Below, piece by piece: positions 46,431-56,349 of a DNA stretch of 64,000 nucleotides; within the stretch, counting starts at the first letter, position 1, and the number at the start of each line of letters is the position of its first letter. A program made the position numbers and the translations under genes. The notes under the pieces are model-generated. The model was not told the origin of the DNA and ran no database searches. It saw only the letters and a program-made list of their open reading frames with translations. Origin of the DNA: Myxococcota bacterium (GTDB lineage: Bacteria; Myxococcota_A; UBA9160; SZUA-336); NCBI GenBank assembly GCA_965247115.1, contig CBDFGR010000002.1, positions 448,001 through 512,000 of the forward strand, written 5' to 3'.

Positions 46431-47213
46431 CTACTCGGGCAGGCCGAGCTTTCGCGCGAGCTCCCGGATCTCCGCCTGGCGATCGGGGAGCGGCGCTGGA
46501 GCCTGAATCAAGCCTTCCCTGCGGAGCTCCTCCACCACGTCCTGATCCCGGCGGAAAGGCTGGCCCACCTTTCCCTCGAAGTAGAGCTCCTCGAAGGGAG
46601 GACGCGGCCGCTGTCCGCCCGCCTCTCGCGACTCGAGCGCGTAGCCGACGTTCATCACGTAGAGCGGAATCCACGCGTCCGGGACTTCGAGCAGCTCCTT
46701 GGCTGGCGCCGGGTTGAACGCCGTCCAGCAGACGCCGAGCCCCTCTTCCACGGCGACGAGCAGACCCTGCGTCGCAGCGCCGCCACAGTCGAAGGCCGCC
46801 GCGATCGGATAGCCGGGATTCTTCGTCATGGGCTCGAGGAGCTGCGGATACACGAACTCGTCGACGAACTTGTGGCTCCAGCCGTGCGTCGGGTTGAGTG
46901 CGCCCACGTCCACGAGCTCCCGCAGCCGCTTGCCCTGGTTCTCGGTCACGACCGCGGTGTCGAGGTAGCAGTAGATGTGGACCGGCGCGAGCTCCTGCAC
47001 CAGGCCGGCGACCGGCACCTTCAGCGCCTCCATCGTCTCGTCCGGGATCTCCGAGCGATTGATCACGACCGCGTGCAGCCAGTGTGCGTTGACGGCGCAC
47101 GACGCGATGCGCATCGCCTCCAAGATCTTCTGGATCTTCTCCCGCTCCACTGGCCGATCCGAATCGAAGTAGCGGATCGAGCGCCGCAGACCGAGGACCT
47201 GTTTGAACTCCAT
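46431..47213 (-). CDS. Nitroreductase family protein
   Basis: RRSIRYF, AVEEGLGVCW, VGY. Confidence 0.85.
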   Translation of the reverse strand: MEFKQVLGLRRSIRYFDSDRPVEREKIQKILEAMRIASCAVNAHWLHAVVINRSEIPDETMEALKVPVAGLVQELAPVHIYCYLDTAVVTENQGKRLRELVDVGALNPTHGWSHKFVDEFVYPQLLEPMTKNPGYPIAAAFDCGGAATQGLLVAVEEGLGVCWTAFNPAPAKELLEVPDAWIPLYVMNVGYALESREAGGQRPRPPFEELYFEGKVGQPFRRDQDVVEELRREGLIQAPAPLPDRQAEIRELARKLGLPE

Positions 47214-47382
47214 GGGGGACTCCTGCTCGTCGAGGTTCTGGGACCATGAAACCGCCGATCCGTCGGAATTACAAGCCCGCCAGGAAGCTGTAACCGGCCT
47301 TGGTGGAGCGTCGGGCGCCAATACACACGCAACGGAAAGCAGTACAATCAGCCCAGTGGGCGAGAGGCCCCCGGAGGATCCG

Positions 47383-48726
47383 ATGGACATCGACACCAGG
47401 AAGCTCCTGGAAGAAACATGGAACGTGCCGCTCTTCGAGGCGGTCTTCTCGCGCCGCTCGCGGCGCTTCGGCCTCGGCATGGAGATCAAGCACGGGCCGA
47501 ACGCCTACAAGTCGGAGGCGGAGCCCATCCCGCTCAGTCTCGAAGAAGAGGCCATGCTCTGCATGGCGGCGACGGGGATGTCGGGGATGAACCTGTCCGA
47601 CATGCCGCACACCACGAAGGACCAGCTCGAGGAGGGCGAGGTCTGGGACGGCAACTGCAACACCATGCTCGAGTACAACGGGCGCACCTTCCCCAGCCCG
47701 TGCGGCTCCCACGCCAGCGAGCTCTTCTACACGAACGACGAGGGCACCTACGTCGTCAAGGTCCGCGGCACGCACCCGGAGCGCATGCGCGAGATCTCGG
47801 AGCTCGACGATCTGGAGAAGCTCGTCGAGACCTTCAAGGATCGGCGGATCGCGATCAGCGAGGAGCGGCTCGACCTGCCGCACACCTCACCGGCGCTCAT
47901 GTCCTTCAACACCTGGAACGCGAACCAGCCCGGCTCCACGCTCTTCATGCCGGTGTGCGACGTCACCGAGGAGCTGATCAACTGCATGATGCTGCTCCTG
48001 GAGCAGGGCTCGTACCCGATCGACCCGGCGGACGGCAAGCCGCTCGGCTGCGAAAAGTGGGTGAAGGAGGGGCTCGCGAGCACGCCCGTGCCCTACCCGA
48101 ACGTCGAGCCCATGGTCGCGCTCGGAGCCTCGAACATCGAGGTCGGCTTCATGACCCAGAACCTGCTCCTGACGGAGACCGCACTCGGGCTCGGCGGCTG
48201 GCCCTTCGGCGGCTTCAACGCGATGATGGCGCTCGGTGGGACTCCGGTCTGCCGGGGCCTCGGTTTCCGCTTCGAGACCGCCGAGCACGGTCCCGCTGCC
48301 GGCTTCCCCTACCCCGTCGGCAAGGACGGCGTCTTCGAGACGCACCACCCCTACTACTTCAACGGCTCGCTGGACGACGCGGTAGACGACGTGATCGAGA
48401 AGAAGTGGGGCGCCGCGGGCATGTTCAACCCGGACAACGCCGACAAGGCGCCCTACAAGAAGCTGGGTCAGATGGAGCAGGGGATCCCGAAGACGGATCC
48501 CGCGATCATCCAGTGCACCAAGGACATCCTGAACGCCGTGTGGGAGAGGTGGGGTCGTTTCCCCGCCTTCGTGGATCCCTGCCTCATGACCATCATGATC
48601 CAGGCCCACCACCTGGAGTGCGGCTTCTACGACGAGTACTACCGCGAGGGCGCGTACGGAGAGCGACACCGTCGGCATCTGGAGAAGTGGCACGGCAAGC
48701 GCAGGTCGGGCCTGAAGGCCGCCTGA
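47383..48726 (+). CDS. Large nitroreductase-fold (SagB/ThcOx-like) hypothetical protein
   Basis: RRSRRF FMN-type motif, RTFPS, QNLLL..ALGLGGW; GGAGG RBS; TACAAT upstream. Confidence 0.65.
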   Translation: MDIDTRKLLEETWNVPLFEAVFSRRSRRFGLGMEIKHGPNAYKSEAEPIPLSLEEEAMLCMAATGMSGMNLSDMPHTTKDQLEEGEVWDGNCNTMLEYNGRTFPSPCGSHASELFYTNDEGTYVVKVRGTHPERMREISELDDLEKLVETFKDRRIAISEERLDLPHTSPALMSFNTWNANQPGSTLFMPVCDVTEELINCMMLLLEQGSYPIDPADGKPLGCEKWVKEGLASTPVPYPNVEPMVALGASNIEVGFMTQNLLLTETALGLGGWPFGGFNAMMALGGTPVCRGLGFRFETAEHGPAAGFPYPVGKDGVFETHHPYYFNGSLDDAVDDVIEKKWGAAGMFNPDNADKAPYKKLGQMEQGIPKTDPAIIQCTKDILNAVWERWGRFPAFVDPCLMTIMIQAHHLECGFYDEYYREGAYGERHRRHLEKWHGKRRSGLKAA

Positions 48727-48727
48727 A

Positions 48728-48961
48728 ATGCGAGTGGAGTCGCAGGCGGGCACCTTCATCCTGAACTTCGAGCAGCTCGAGCCGGCCGACGGTGAGATCC
48801 TGATCATCGGCAAGATGGGCGTCTGGGATGCGAAGACCTACATGTCGCCGCCGGAGTTCCTGCGGCTACTACTCATGACGTTGACGCCGAGGATGCTCGG
48901 CTTCTTGATCAAGACGCTGTTCGGCGGCGGGTTCCGGACCCGCTCCGAAGGCGCGAACTAG
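48728..48961 (+). CDS. Small hypothetical protein
   Basis: Fills the gap between co-directional genes; GKMGVW motif. Confidence 0.65.
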   Translation: MRVESQAGTFILNFEQLEPADGEILIIGKMGVWDAKTYMSPPEFLRLLLMTLTPRMLGFLIKTLFGGGFRTRSEGAN

Positions 48962-48969
48962 GAGGAACC

Positions 48970-50199
48970 ATGTCACGAGCAGTCGTGGCCGGCGTGGGGA
49001 TGACCCGCTTCGGCAAGCATATGGATACGGGCTTAAAGGCGCTGGGGCGCGAGGCGGTCGAGGCCGCAATCGCAGATGCCGGCATCGACAAGGAGAAGAT
49101 CGACGCCGCCTTCGTGGGCAACGCCATGGCCGGACTCATCACCGGCCAGGAGTGCATCCGTGGACAGGTGGTGCTGCGCTCGGCAGGCATCGGCGCGATT
49201 CCGGTCGTGAACGTGGAGAATGCGTGCGCCAGCGCCTCCACCGCGCTGCATCAGGCCAACGTGATGGTCGCCGCCGGGGTCTACGATGTCGTCCTCGCGC
49301 TGGGGGTGGAGAAGCTCTACCACGCAGACAAGAAGAGGAGCTTCGCCGCCATCGGAAGCGCCGTCGACACCGAGGAGATGGCGCAGATCATGGAAAGCCT
49401 GAAGAAGAACGCCGCGGCCCAGGGCGCCAAGGAGGCTTCCAGCGGCGCCGGGGAGAAGCGCAGCATGTTCATGGACTTCTACGCTGCGTCCGCGCGCGCG
49501 CACATGGAGCGCTTCGGTACGACCGCACGCCAGTTCGCCGCGGTGGCTGCGAAGAACGCCCAGCACGGCGCGCTGAACCCCAAGGCCCAGTTTCGCAAGG
49601 CCCTGACGGTGGACGAGGTGCTGGCCGAGCCCATGATCGCAGAGCCCCTCACGCGGCCGATGTGCTCACCGATCGGCGACGGCGCGGCCGCGGCGCTGAT
49701 CGTCAGCGAGGAGAAGGCGCGCGAGCTCGGCCTGACGCAGCCAATCTACATCGACGCCTGTGTGCTGCGCTCCGGGTGGGACCACGCTCCCGACGAGGAG
49801 GGAACCGTCGGGCGCTGCACGCGCGAGGCCTACGAGAAGGCTGGAATCGGTCCCGAGGATCTCGACGTGATCGAGTGCCATGACGCGTCCGCGCCCGCCG
49901 AGCTCACCTATTACGAGCAGTTCGGGCTCTGCAAGACGGGCGAGAGCGGCGCGCTGATCGACTCCGGCGCCACCCACATCGGGGGGCGGATCCCCGTCAA
50001 CCCGAGCGGAGGGCTCCTGCGCAAGGGGCACCCCGTCGGAGCGACAGGCCTGGCACAGCTCACCGAGTTGGTCGAGCAGCTACGCGGCCAGGCCGGGGCT
50101 CGCCAGGTCGAGGGAGCCAGGGTGGGCATGGCGCAGAACGGAGGCGGGTCAGTCGGCAACGACGCCGCCGCCATGTGCGTGACGGTGGTCAGCCGCTAG
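48970..50199 (+). CDS. Thiolase family protein (SCP2-type)
   Basis: NACASA, ECHD, NPSGGL..GHPVGATG. Confidence 0.92.
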   Translation: MSRAVVAGVGMTRFGKHMDTGLKALGREAVEAAIADAGIDKEKIDAAFVGNAMAGLITGQECIRGQVVLRSAGIGAIPVVNVENACASASTALHQANVMVAAGVYDVVLALGVEKLYHADKKRSFAAIGSAVDTEEMAQIMESLKKNAAAQGAKEASSGAGEKRSMFMDFYAASARAHMERFGTTARQFAAVAAKNAQHGALNPKAQFRKALTVDEVLAEPMIAEPLTRPMCSPIGDGAAAALIVSEEKARELGLTQPIYIDACVLRSGWDHAPDEEGTVGRCTREAYEKAGIGPEDLDVIECHDASAPAELTYYEQFGLCKTGESGALIDSGATHIGGRIPVNPSGGLLRKGHPVGATGLAQLTELVEQLRGQAGARQVEGARVGMAQNGGGSVGNDAAAMCVTVVSR

Positions 50200-50209
50200 G
50201 AGAAGATCT

Positions 50210-51811
50210 GTGGCCCGAGAGAGTTCCGAGGCCTTTCTGATTGACGTCATCGCGGCGCGCGCGGAGCGCAACGCCGACTTCCCGGTGCTCACGTTCGAGT
50301 GTGCGGAGAAGGAGGACGAATCTCGGACCTTCGGCCAGCTCCGCGAGCGGGCCAACAGCCTGGCCGCGGAGCTCGTCGCGCGGGGGCTCGAGCGGGGCGA
50401 TCGCTTCGGCCTGATGATGCGCAACCACCCCGAGTTCGTGGAGTCCATGATTGCCGCGTCGACCAGCGCCACGGTCTTCGTGCCGATCGATCCGCGCACC
50501 AGGGGCGAGAAGCTCGCCTACACGCTGCGCAACTCCGGCTGCAAGGGCATCCTGGTCGCAGACTACGGCCTGCCGCATCTGGAGGAGGTCCGGGCCGAGC
50601 TCCCCGAGCTCGGCTTCGTCCTCGTGCTCGAGAGCGGCGAGGACGGCGCGCCGTTGCTCTCGGAGTTCCGGGATCTGGAATCCCTGGACGAGGTGCTCCG
50701 CAAGCCTGCGGCCACGGTGGACTCGCGCCTGCAGAGTCCGTCGGACCCATTCCAGATCATCTACACGTCCGGCACCACCGGGGATCCCAAGGGCGTGGTG
50801 CAGGCGGGCGGCCGCTACGGCAGCATGTCAGCGTTCGGGCGCGTCGTCTTCGCCTTCACCGAGGAGGAGAAACTCTACACGGGTCTCTCGCTCACGCACG
50901 GAAACGCGCAGGCGGTAACGCTCGCGGGCGCGCTGTGCCTGGAGATTCCCGCGGTGATCAGCCGCCGCTTCACCAAGTCGCGCCTCTGGGACATCTGTCG
51001 CAAGCACGGCTGTACGACCTTCTCGCTGCTCGGTGGCATGGCCACGGCCATCTACAGCGAGCCTCCCAAGCCGAACGACGCCGACAACCCCGTGCGCATG
51101 GTCACGAGCGCCGGCATGCCGCGCGCTATCTGGGAGAACTTCGAGAAGCGCTTCGACCTCAAGATCCTCGAGTGGTACGGCGCCGTCGAGGGCGGCCTTG
51201 CCTGCAAGCCGATCGGTCAGGGGCCGATGGGCTCCTTTGGCAAGGCCGGGCCGGGCCTGGAGATGAAGATCCTCGACGAGAACGACGTCGAGTGCGGCCC
51301 CGGCGTGCAGGGAGAGATCTGCTCGCGCCCGGCGAGCGGCGCTGCCCCCAAGGTCGAGTACCACAACAACCCGGACGCCTCGAGCAAGAAGACCCAGGGC
51401 GGCTGGCTGCGCAGCGGCGACATCGGCCACCGCGACGCCGATGACTGGCTCTTCTTCGACTACCGCAAGGGCGGAGGGATCCGGCACAACGGCGACTTCA
51501 TCAACCCGGGCTTCGTCGAGGGTGTCATCTCGGAGCACCCGAAAGTGGCGGACGTCTTCGTCTACGGCGTCCCGGCGAAGTCGGGCGCCCCGGGCGAAAA
51601 GGACGTGGTCGCCGCCGTCGTTCCCCTAGGGGGCCAGACGCTCGACCCGAGCTCCGTGTTCGAGCTCTGCGTCTCCGGACTCGAGCCCAACTTCATCCCG
51701 TCCTATCTGCAGGTGGTGGACGCGATCCCGAAGACCGCGTCGGAGAAACCCCAAGAACGCTTCCTCGCAGAGCGCTTCGCCCCTGGCGCCGAAGGCATCC
51801 ACGAGCGCTAA
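50210..51811 (+). CDS. AMP-binding acyl-CoA ligase (CaiC-like)
   Basis: YTSGTTGDPKG, WYGAVE, SGD, PKTASEK. Confidence 0.92.
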   Translation: MARESSEAFLIDVIAARAERNADFPVLTFECAEKEDESRTFGQLRERANSLAAELVARGLERGDRFGLMMRNHPEFVESMIAASTSATVFVPIDPRTRGEKLAYTLRNSGCKGILVADYGLPHLEEVRAELPELGFVLVLESGEDGAPLLSEFRDLESLDEVLRKPAATVDSRLQSPSDPFQIIYTSGTTGDPKGVVQAGGRYGSMSAFGRVVFAFTEEEKLYTGLSLTHGNAQAVTLAGALCLEIPAVISRRFTKSRLWDICRKHGCTTFSLLGGMATAIYSEPPKPNDADNPVRMVTSAGMPRAIWENFEKRFDLKILEWYGAVEGGLACKPIGQGPMGSFGKAGPGLEMKILDENDVECGPGVQGEICSRPASGAAPKVEYHNNPDASSKKTQGGWLRSGDIGHRDADDWLFFDYRKGGGIRHNGDFINPGFVEGVISEHPKVADVFVYGVPAKSGAPGEKDVVAAVVPLGGQTLDPSSVFELCVSGLEPNFIPSYLQVVDAIPKTASEKPQERFLAERFAPGAEGIHER

Positions 51812-51815
51812 GGGG

Positions 51816-51925
51816 GTCTTGTGGGACCCGGCCCGCGGGCGTCCGCGGGCCACCCACCTCCGCTCAGGCCTACGGCCTTCGCTGCGCGCGCCGCTCATGC
51901 GGCGCTTGCAGGGAGGTGCGTCGGG
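51816..51925. repeat. Dispersed ~110-bp structured intergenic repeat, copy 2
   Basis: Near-identical to 13145-13253. Confidence 0.9.
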
Positions 51926-51943
51926 CATCGGGCGTCGGGAATC

Positions 51944-52339
51944 CTACCAAGCACCTTCGACCAGCGTGGCTTCCTCGTTGCCCGGCCAGGCCGGAACGGT
52001 GGCGATCAGGAAGACGAAGGGCTCGTCGCTCGTGGTGCGAAACTGGAAGGCGACGCTGGGCGGGATGTGGAGGCTGAAGCCGGGGCCGGCGTCCAGCAGC
52101 TCCTGCCGAGCGCCCGACTTGAGCCAGATCTCGGCGCTTCCGGAGGCCACGTACCAGAACTCCTCGACGCTCCTGTGTTTGATGGCTCGCGAGACAGCTC
52201 CAGCCCGCAGCGTGCAGTGCGCGAGGCTGGCTCCAGCGCTGCGCACGAGCTCGCGGATCTCCGAGCCATCGGGCGCCAGCACGTACTCCCGCTGCGCGAG
52301 CAAAACGGGCTCGAGCGAGCTGGAGGAGGGCTGGGGCAC
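51944..52339 (-). CDS. Cupin domain protein
   Basis: APDGSEIR, HRSVEEFWY, FQFR, PAWPG. Confidence 0.85.
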   Translation of the reverse strand: MPQPSSSSLEPVLLAQREYVLAPDGSEIRELVRSAGASLAHCTLRAGAVSRAIKHRSVEEFWYVASGSAEIWLKSGARQELLDAGPGFSLHIPPSVAFQFRTTSDEPFVFLIATVPAWPGNEEATLVEGAW

Positions 52340-52345
52340 AACCCG

Positions 52346-53029
52346 TCAGTCCTCTTCCACCAGGACGATGTGAACCTCGCGCGGACCGTGGACGCCCTTG
52401 GTGATCACGAACTCGATGTCGCCCGTGCGGCTCGGACCCGTGATCAAGGTCACTGCGCTCGCAGGGTAGCCCGGGTCCGTGGCGAGCCGCCGGAAGAGCG
52501 CGGCCAGATCGGGCAGCAGATCGGCCGCCCGCACGACCGCGACGTGGACTGGGGGCAGCAGTGAGATCGCCCTGCCCTGTCCCGGGCGATGCAGGAGCAC
52601 GAGCGTCCCGCTCTCCGCTACGCCGTACTCCGCCTCCGTGAGGCCGACCTCGGCGGCCGCGATCGCGACGCGCAGATCGTTCTGGCCGGAGTCGTCGAGC
52701 CGGATGCTGGTGAGCTCCAACCCGTCTCCGCCGACGTCGAGCGCACGCAGCCCGTCCGTGTCCCCCTGCACGATCCGCTCGGCGCCGAGCTTCTTCAGCA
52801 GCTCGCGGACTGCCTCGCGCGCCTCCGCGAGCGATGACACTCGAAGCACCTCGGCCTCGGCAGCCTGAGCCTCGCGCGCAAACTGGTCGGCGAGATTCTC
52901 GAAGGCCGATTCCTCGGCCGCCTTTGTCGCCTGTACTGGCGGCGGCGGGCTGCTCGACTCGCCACGGCCCCCGACAGCCAGGGCGCGACGAACCTCCGCG
53001 AGAAACGTGCCTCGGTCAGTCGTCGCCAC
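52346..53029 (-). CDS. lutC: Lactate utilization protein C (LUD domain)
   Basis: AESGT, SLLPPVH, GPSRTGDIE, GVHGP. Confidence 0.9.
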   Translation of the reverse strand: MATTDRGTFLAEVRRALAVGGRGESSSPPPPVQATKAAEESAFENLADQFAREAQAAEAEVLRVSSLAEAREAVRELLKKLGAERIVQGDTDGLRALDVGGDGLELTSIRLDDSGQNDLRVAIAAAEVGLTEAEYGVAESGTLVLLHRPGQGRAISLLPPVHVAVVRAADLLPDLAALFRRLATDPGYPASAVTLITGPSRTGDIEFVITKGVHGPREVHIVLVEED

Positions 53030-54419
53030 GCATCTCCTTCCAACGCTCTCGGAAGCTCTCGCGCGCGAGAGCGGGGAGGTCGCGACTCGCCGTCCAGGCA
53101 GAGAGGAGGGGGGTCCCCTTCCTGTTCCGCGGTATGAGCGGGCTCAGCCAGCGCGCAACTCTCGAGATCGCGCGATAGCGGGCTGGGGATCGCACGAGCC
53201 AGCCGAAGCTCCGCAACAGCGCGCGCTCGAAAGCTCGGCCCCCTACGCCGTCGACCACGCGCTCGCGCTGGGCCAGCAGTAGACGCGGCAGGTCGATCCG
53301 AACCGGGCACACCTCCTTGCAGGCTCCGCACAGAGAAGACGCGAAGGGCAAGGGCGCGGCCGCCGCGTGCCCGACGAGACTCGGGGTCACCACCGCGCCG
53401 ATCGGACCGGGGTACACCCACCCGTACGCGTGTCCGCCGGCGTGCCTGTACACAGGGCACACATTCAGGCACGCACCGCAGCGAATGCAGTAAAGCGCCT
53501 CGCGCAGCGCGGGATCGGCCAGGATGGCAGTCCGCCCGTTGTCGAGAATCACCAGGTGGAACTCGTCGGGACCGTCCTCCTCGCCGTCTCGGCGCGGACC
53601 GGTGAGCAGCGAGACGTAGCTCGACATCTTCTGGCCCGTCGCGCTGCGCGCCAGGATGCGCAGGAACACCGCGAGCGACTCCATGTCGGGAACCACTTTC
53701 TCCATTCCCATGACGGCGATGTGGCAGCGAGGCAAGGTCGTCGACAGGCGCGCGTTCCCCTCGTTCTCGACGATGGCGATCGTACCCGTCTCGGCGACCG
53801 CGAAGTTCGCGCCGGTGATCCCGACATCAGCCTCGAGGAACTTTGCGCGCAACAGCTCGCGCGCCTCTTGCGTGAGCTCCTCACGCTTCGCCTTTCTCTC
53901 GGTGTGGTGCTTCTCCTCGAACAGATCAGAGATCTGGTCCTTGGTCTTGTGAACCGCCGGCACAATGATGTGGGAGGGGGTGTCTCCGGCGATCTGGATG
54001 ATGTACTCGCCCAGATCCGTCTCGACCGGCTCGACTCCCGCCGCAACGAGGGCGTCGTTCAGGCCGATCTCCTCATTGGTCATGGACTTGCTCTTGACGG
54101 CGATGCGCCCACCCCGTTCGGCGACGATCGCGAGCACGATCTGTCGCGCCTCCGCGGCATCACGCGCCCAGTGCACCACGCCGCCATGGGTCTCGACGCT
54201 CGACGCGAGCCGATCGAGGTGTAGATCCAGCTCTTCGATGGTTCGCCGCTTGATCTCGCGCGCGCGGTCACGCAGCGCATCTCCAGCAGGGAACTCGGCA
54301 AAGGCGTCGTGGCGCGCCTGGCTCAGCCGGCCCGTCGCGGCGTTGAGCGAACCTTGCAGCTCGGCCTCCCCCAGGGCTCTGCTGGCGTTTGCGGCGAAGC
54401 GGTTCGCGTTGACCTCCAT
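53016..54419 (-). CDS. lutB: Lactate utilization FeS protein B
   Basis: KSKSM, ETDLGEY, CIRCGACLNVCP, SSLCGAC..VCP. Confidence 0.93.
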   Translation of the reverse strand: MEVNANRFAANASRALGEAELQGSLNAATGRLSQARHDAFAEFPAGDALRDRAREIKRRTIEELDLHLDRLASSVETHGGVVHWARDAAEARQIVLAIVAERGGRIAVKSKSMTNEEIGLNDALVAAGVEPVETDLGEYIIQIAGDTPSHIIVPAVHKTKDQISDLFEEKHHTERKAKREELTQEARELLRAKFLEADVGITGANFAVAETGTIAIVENEGNARLSTTLPRCHIAVMGMEKVVPDMESLAVFLRILARSATGQKMSSYVSLLTGPRRDGEEDGPDEFHLVILDNGRTAILADPALREALYCIRCGACLNVCPVYRHAGGHAYGWVYPGPIGAVVTPSLVGHAAAAPLPFASSLCGACKEVCPVRIDLPRLLLAQRERVVDGVGGRAFERALLRSFGWLVRSPARYRAISRVARWLSPLIPRNRKGTPLLSAWTASRDLPALARESFRERWKEMRGDD

Positions 54420-55174
54420 TAGCGCGAACCCGCGACCGGATCGAGACCCGCGACCGGATCGAAACCCGCGAGCAGCTCGGCGACGTGGAGCGTCCGGATG
54501 TCGGAGCCTCTCCGGGCCAACCCGCCGCCAATGTGGAGCAGGCAGCCAGCATCCGAGGCCGTCATCAGCTCGGCGCCGCTGGCCTCCACTGCCCGCAGCT
54601 TGTCGGCGAGGATCGCGCTCGACAGCTCCCCGAACTTCACGCTGAACGCGCCGCCGAAGCCACAGCACGCGGAGGAGTCGGCGAGCTCGACGAGCTCCAG
54701 ACCCGCGATGCCCGAAAGCAACGCGCGGGGCGCCTCGTCCACGCCGAGCTCGCGCAGCAGGTGGCAGGAGGGATGGTAGGCGACGCGGCCGTTGAAGCGC
54801 GCGCTCGACTCGAAGCCGCGGTCCACCAGAAACTCGGTCAGCTCGAACGTGCGCTTCCCGAGCTCTCGCGCGCGCTCCTGCCAGCTCGGCTCGTCCTCGA
54901 AGAGGTGTGCGTTGAAGATCCGGGCCATGCTCGTGCAGGAGCCCGAGACGGAGACCACGGCATCGTAAGGCTCGAAGATCTCGACGTGGCGACGCGCAAG
55001 CGGCCGTGCCAGCTCGCGATGGCCCGCGTTCCAGGCCGGCTGGCCACAACAGGTTTGCGCTTCTGGGAACGCGACCCGGCAACCCGCCTCCTCGAGCAGG
55101 CGCACGGCAGCCTCGCCGACGCGCGGCAGAAACTGATCGACGAGACAGGTCACGAACAAGGCCGTCTCCGTCAC
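54419..55174 (-). CDS. lutA: Lactate utilization protein A (CCG domains)
   Basis: FVTCLVD, QTCCGQP, HPSCH, CCGFGG.F. Confidence 0.93.
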   Translation of the reverse strand: MTETALFVTCLVDQFLPRVGEAAVRLLEEAGCRVAFPEAQTCCGQPAWNAGHRELARPLARRHVEIFEPYDAVVSVSGSCTSMARIFNAHLFEDEPSWQERARELGKRTFELTEFLVDRGFESSARFNGRVAYHPSCHLLRELGVDEAPRALLSGIAGLELVELADSSACCGFGGAFSVKFGELSSAILADKLRAVEASGAELMTASDAGCLLHIGGGLARRGSDIRTLHVAELLAGFDPVAGLDPVAGSR

Positions 55175-55224
55175 GGGCGGATCTCCACGCGAACCAGTCT
55201 ACGCTACGAACGCAGCCCGGTCTC

Positions 55225-55659
55225 GCCGACCTTCACATCCGCTCGGAGAAACGCGTAGATGCGGGCCGCTGGATCGAAGCCTGGATCGTCGCTGGACCCA
55301 TGGCAGAAGCCGCGCGGGCAACGGCGCCCGCTCTGGAATCCCTCGCCAGGGCCAGGCCGCTCCATATCGTCGAGACACTCGAGCAAGCACCCGCAAAGGG
55401 AGTAGCGACTGACGTTCTCCGGCACGGACGAATCTGCGTGCCGCTCGCCGGCCTGTTCGACGCTCAGGAGGAGCGCGCTCGTCTTCACAAGCAGCTCGCC
55501 GCCATCGGGGCATCCATCGCCCGCCTCGAGGCCAAGCTCTCGAACCCGGACTTCGTCACCCGGGCACCGGCGACTGTCGTCGCAAACGATCGCGAGAGGC
55601 TTCGTGCCGAGGAGTCTCAGCGAGCGGGCCTCTGGCAGCACTTGGAGGAGTTGGACTAG
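55225..55659 (+). pseudogene. valS: Orphan C-terminal fragment of valyl-tRNA synthetase
   Basis: PLAGLFD..EERARL.KQL...KLSNPDFV.RAP..VV...RERL coiled-coil arm; no catalytic domain upstream; 5' boundary approximate. Confidence 0.8.
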
Positions 55660-56349
55660 CTGCTCACAAAGCTCGAACTCTTCCCGGGGAGAGTGACTAG
55701 CAGGCCCGCACATTCTCCAGAAGAACGGGCACCCCTTGACAGGCTTTTGCCCGCACCGGCGTCCGACGACTCCCGCCGCCGAGAATCGTCTCCTGGCTGC
55801 GACCCTTTCCGTGGGATCCGTTGGGCCGGATTCCGCTTCACAAGTCCGGACGTCTTCGGATCATCGAACACCGCGGACTCTCAGACACCAAAAAGCGTCG
55901 TGCTACCCTCTCGTTCTCCACTATTCGGTCCCGTGGAAAGGCAAGGATGATCCCTGCATCACTCGCGATTCTTTCAAACCCGGAGCTACTTGAGGCCTTA
56001 GCGAAGCTCGTCGCTAGAGACCGACATGTCGAGGCGGAAGTTCTAGCGCACCTCGGAGAAGTCGACTCGCGTCGGCTCTACGCCGCCGAGGGCTTTCCTT
56101 CGATGTTCAAGTACTGCACCGACGTGCTCCACTTCTCCGAAGCGGCGGCCTTCCAACGGATCCGCGCGGCGCGCTTGGGTCGTGCGTACCCGGTCGTCAT
56201 GGAGCGGATTCGGCGAGGGGAGATCCACCTGGCCGGAGTTACGCTCCTGGCACCGCATCTTACTTCCGAGAATCACGTAGAACTGCTCGATGGCGCGCGG
56301 TACAAGAGCAAGCGCCAGATCGAGGTATTCCTGGCTGACCGGGCGCCTA

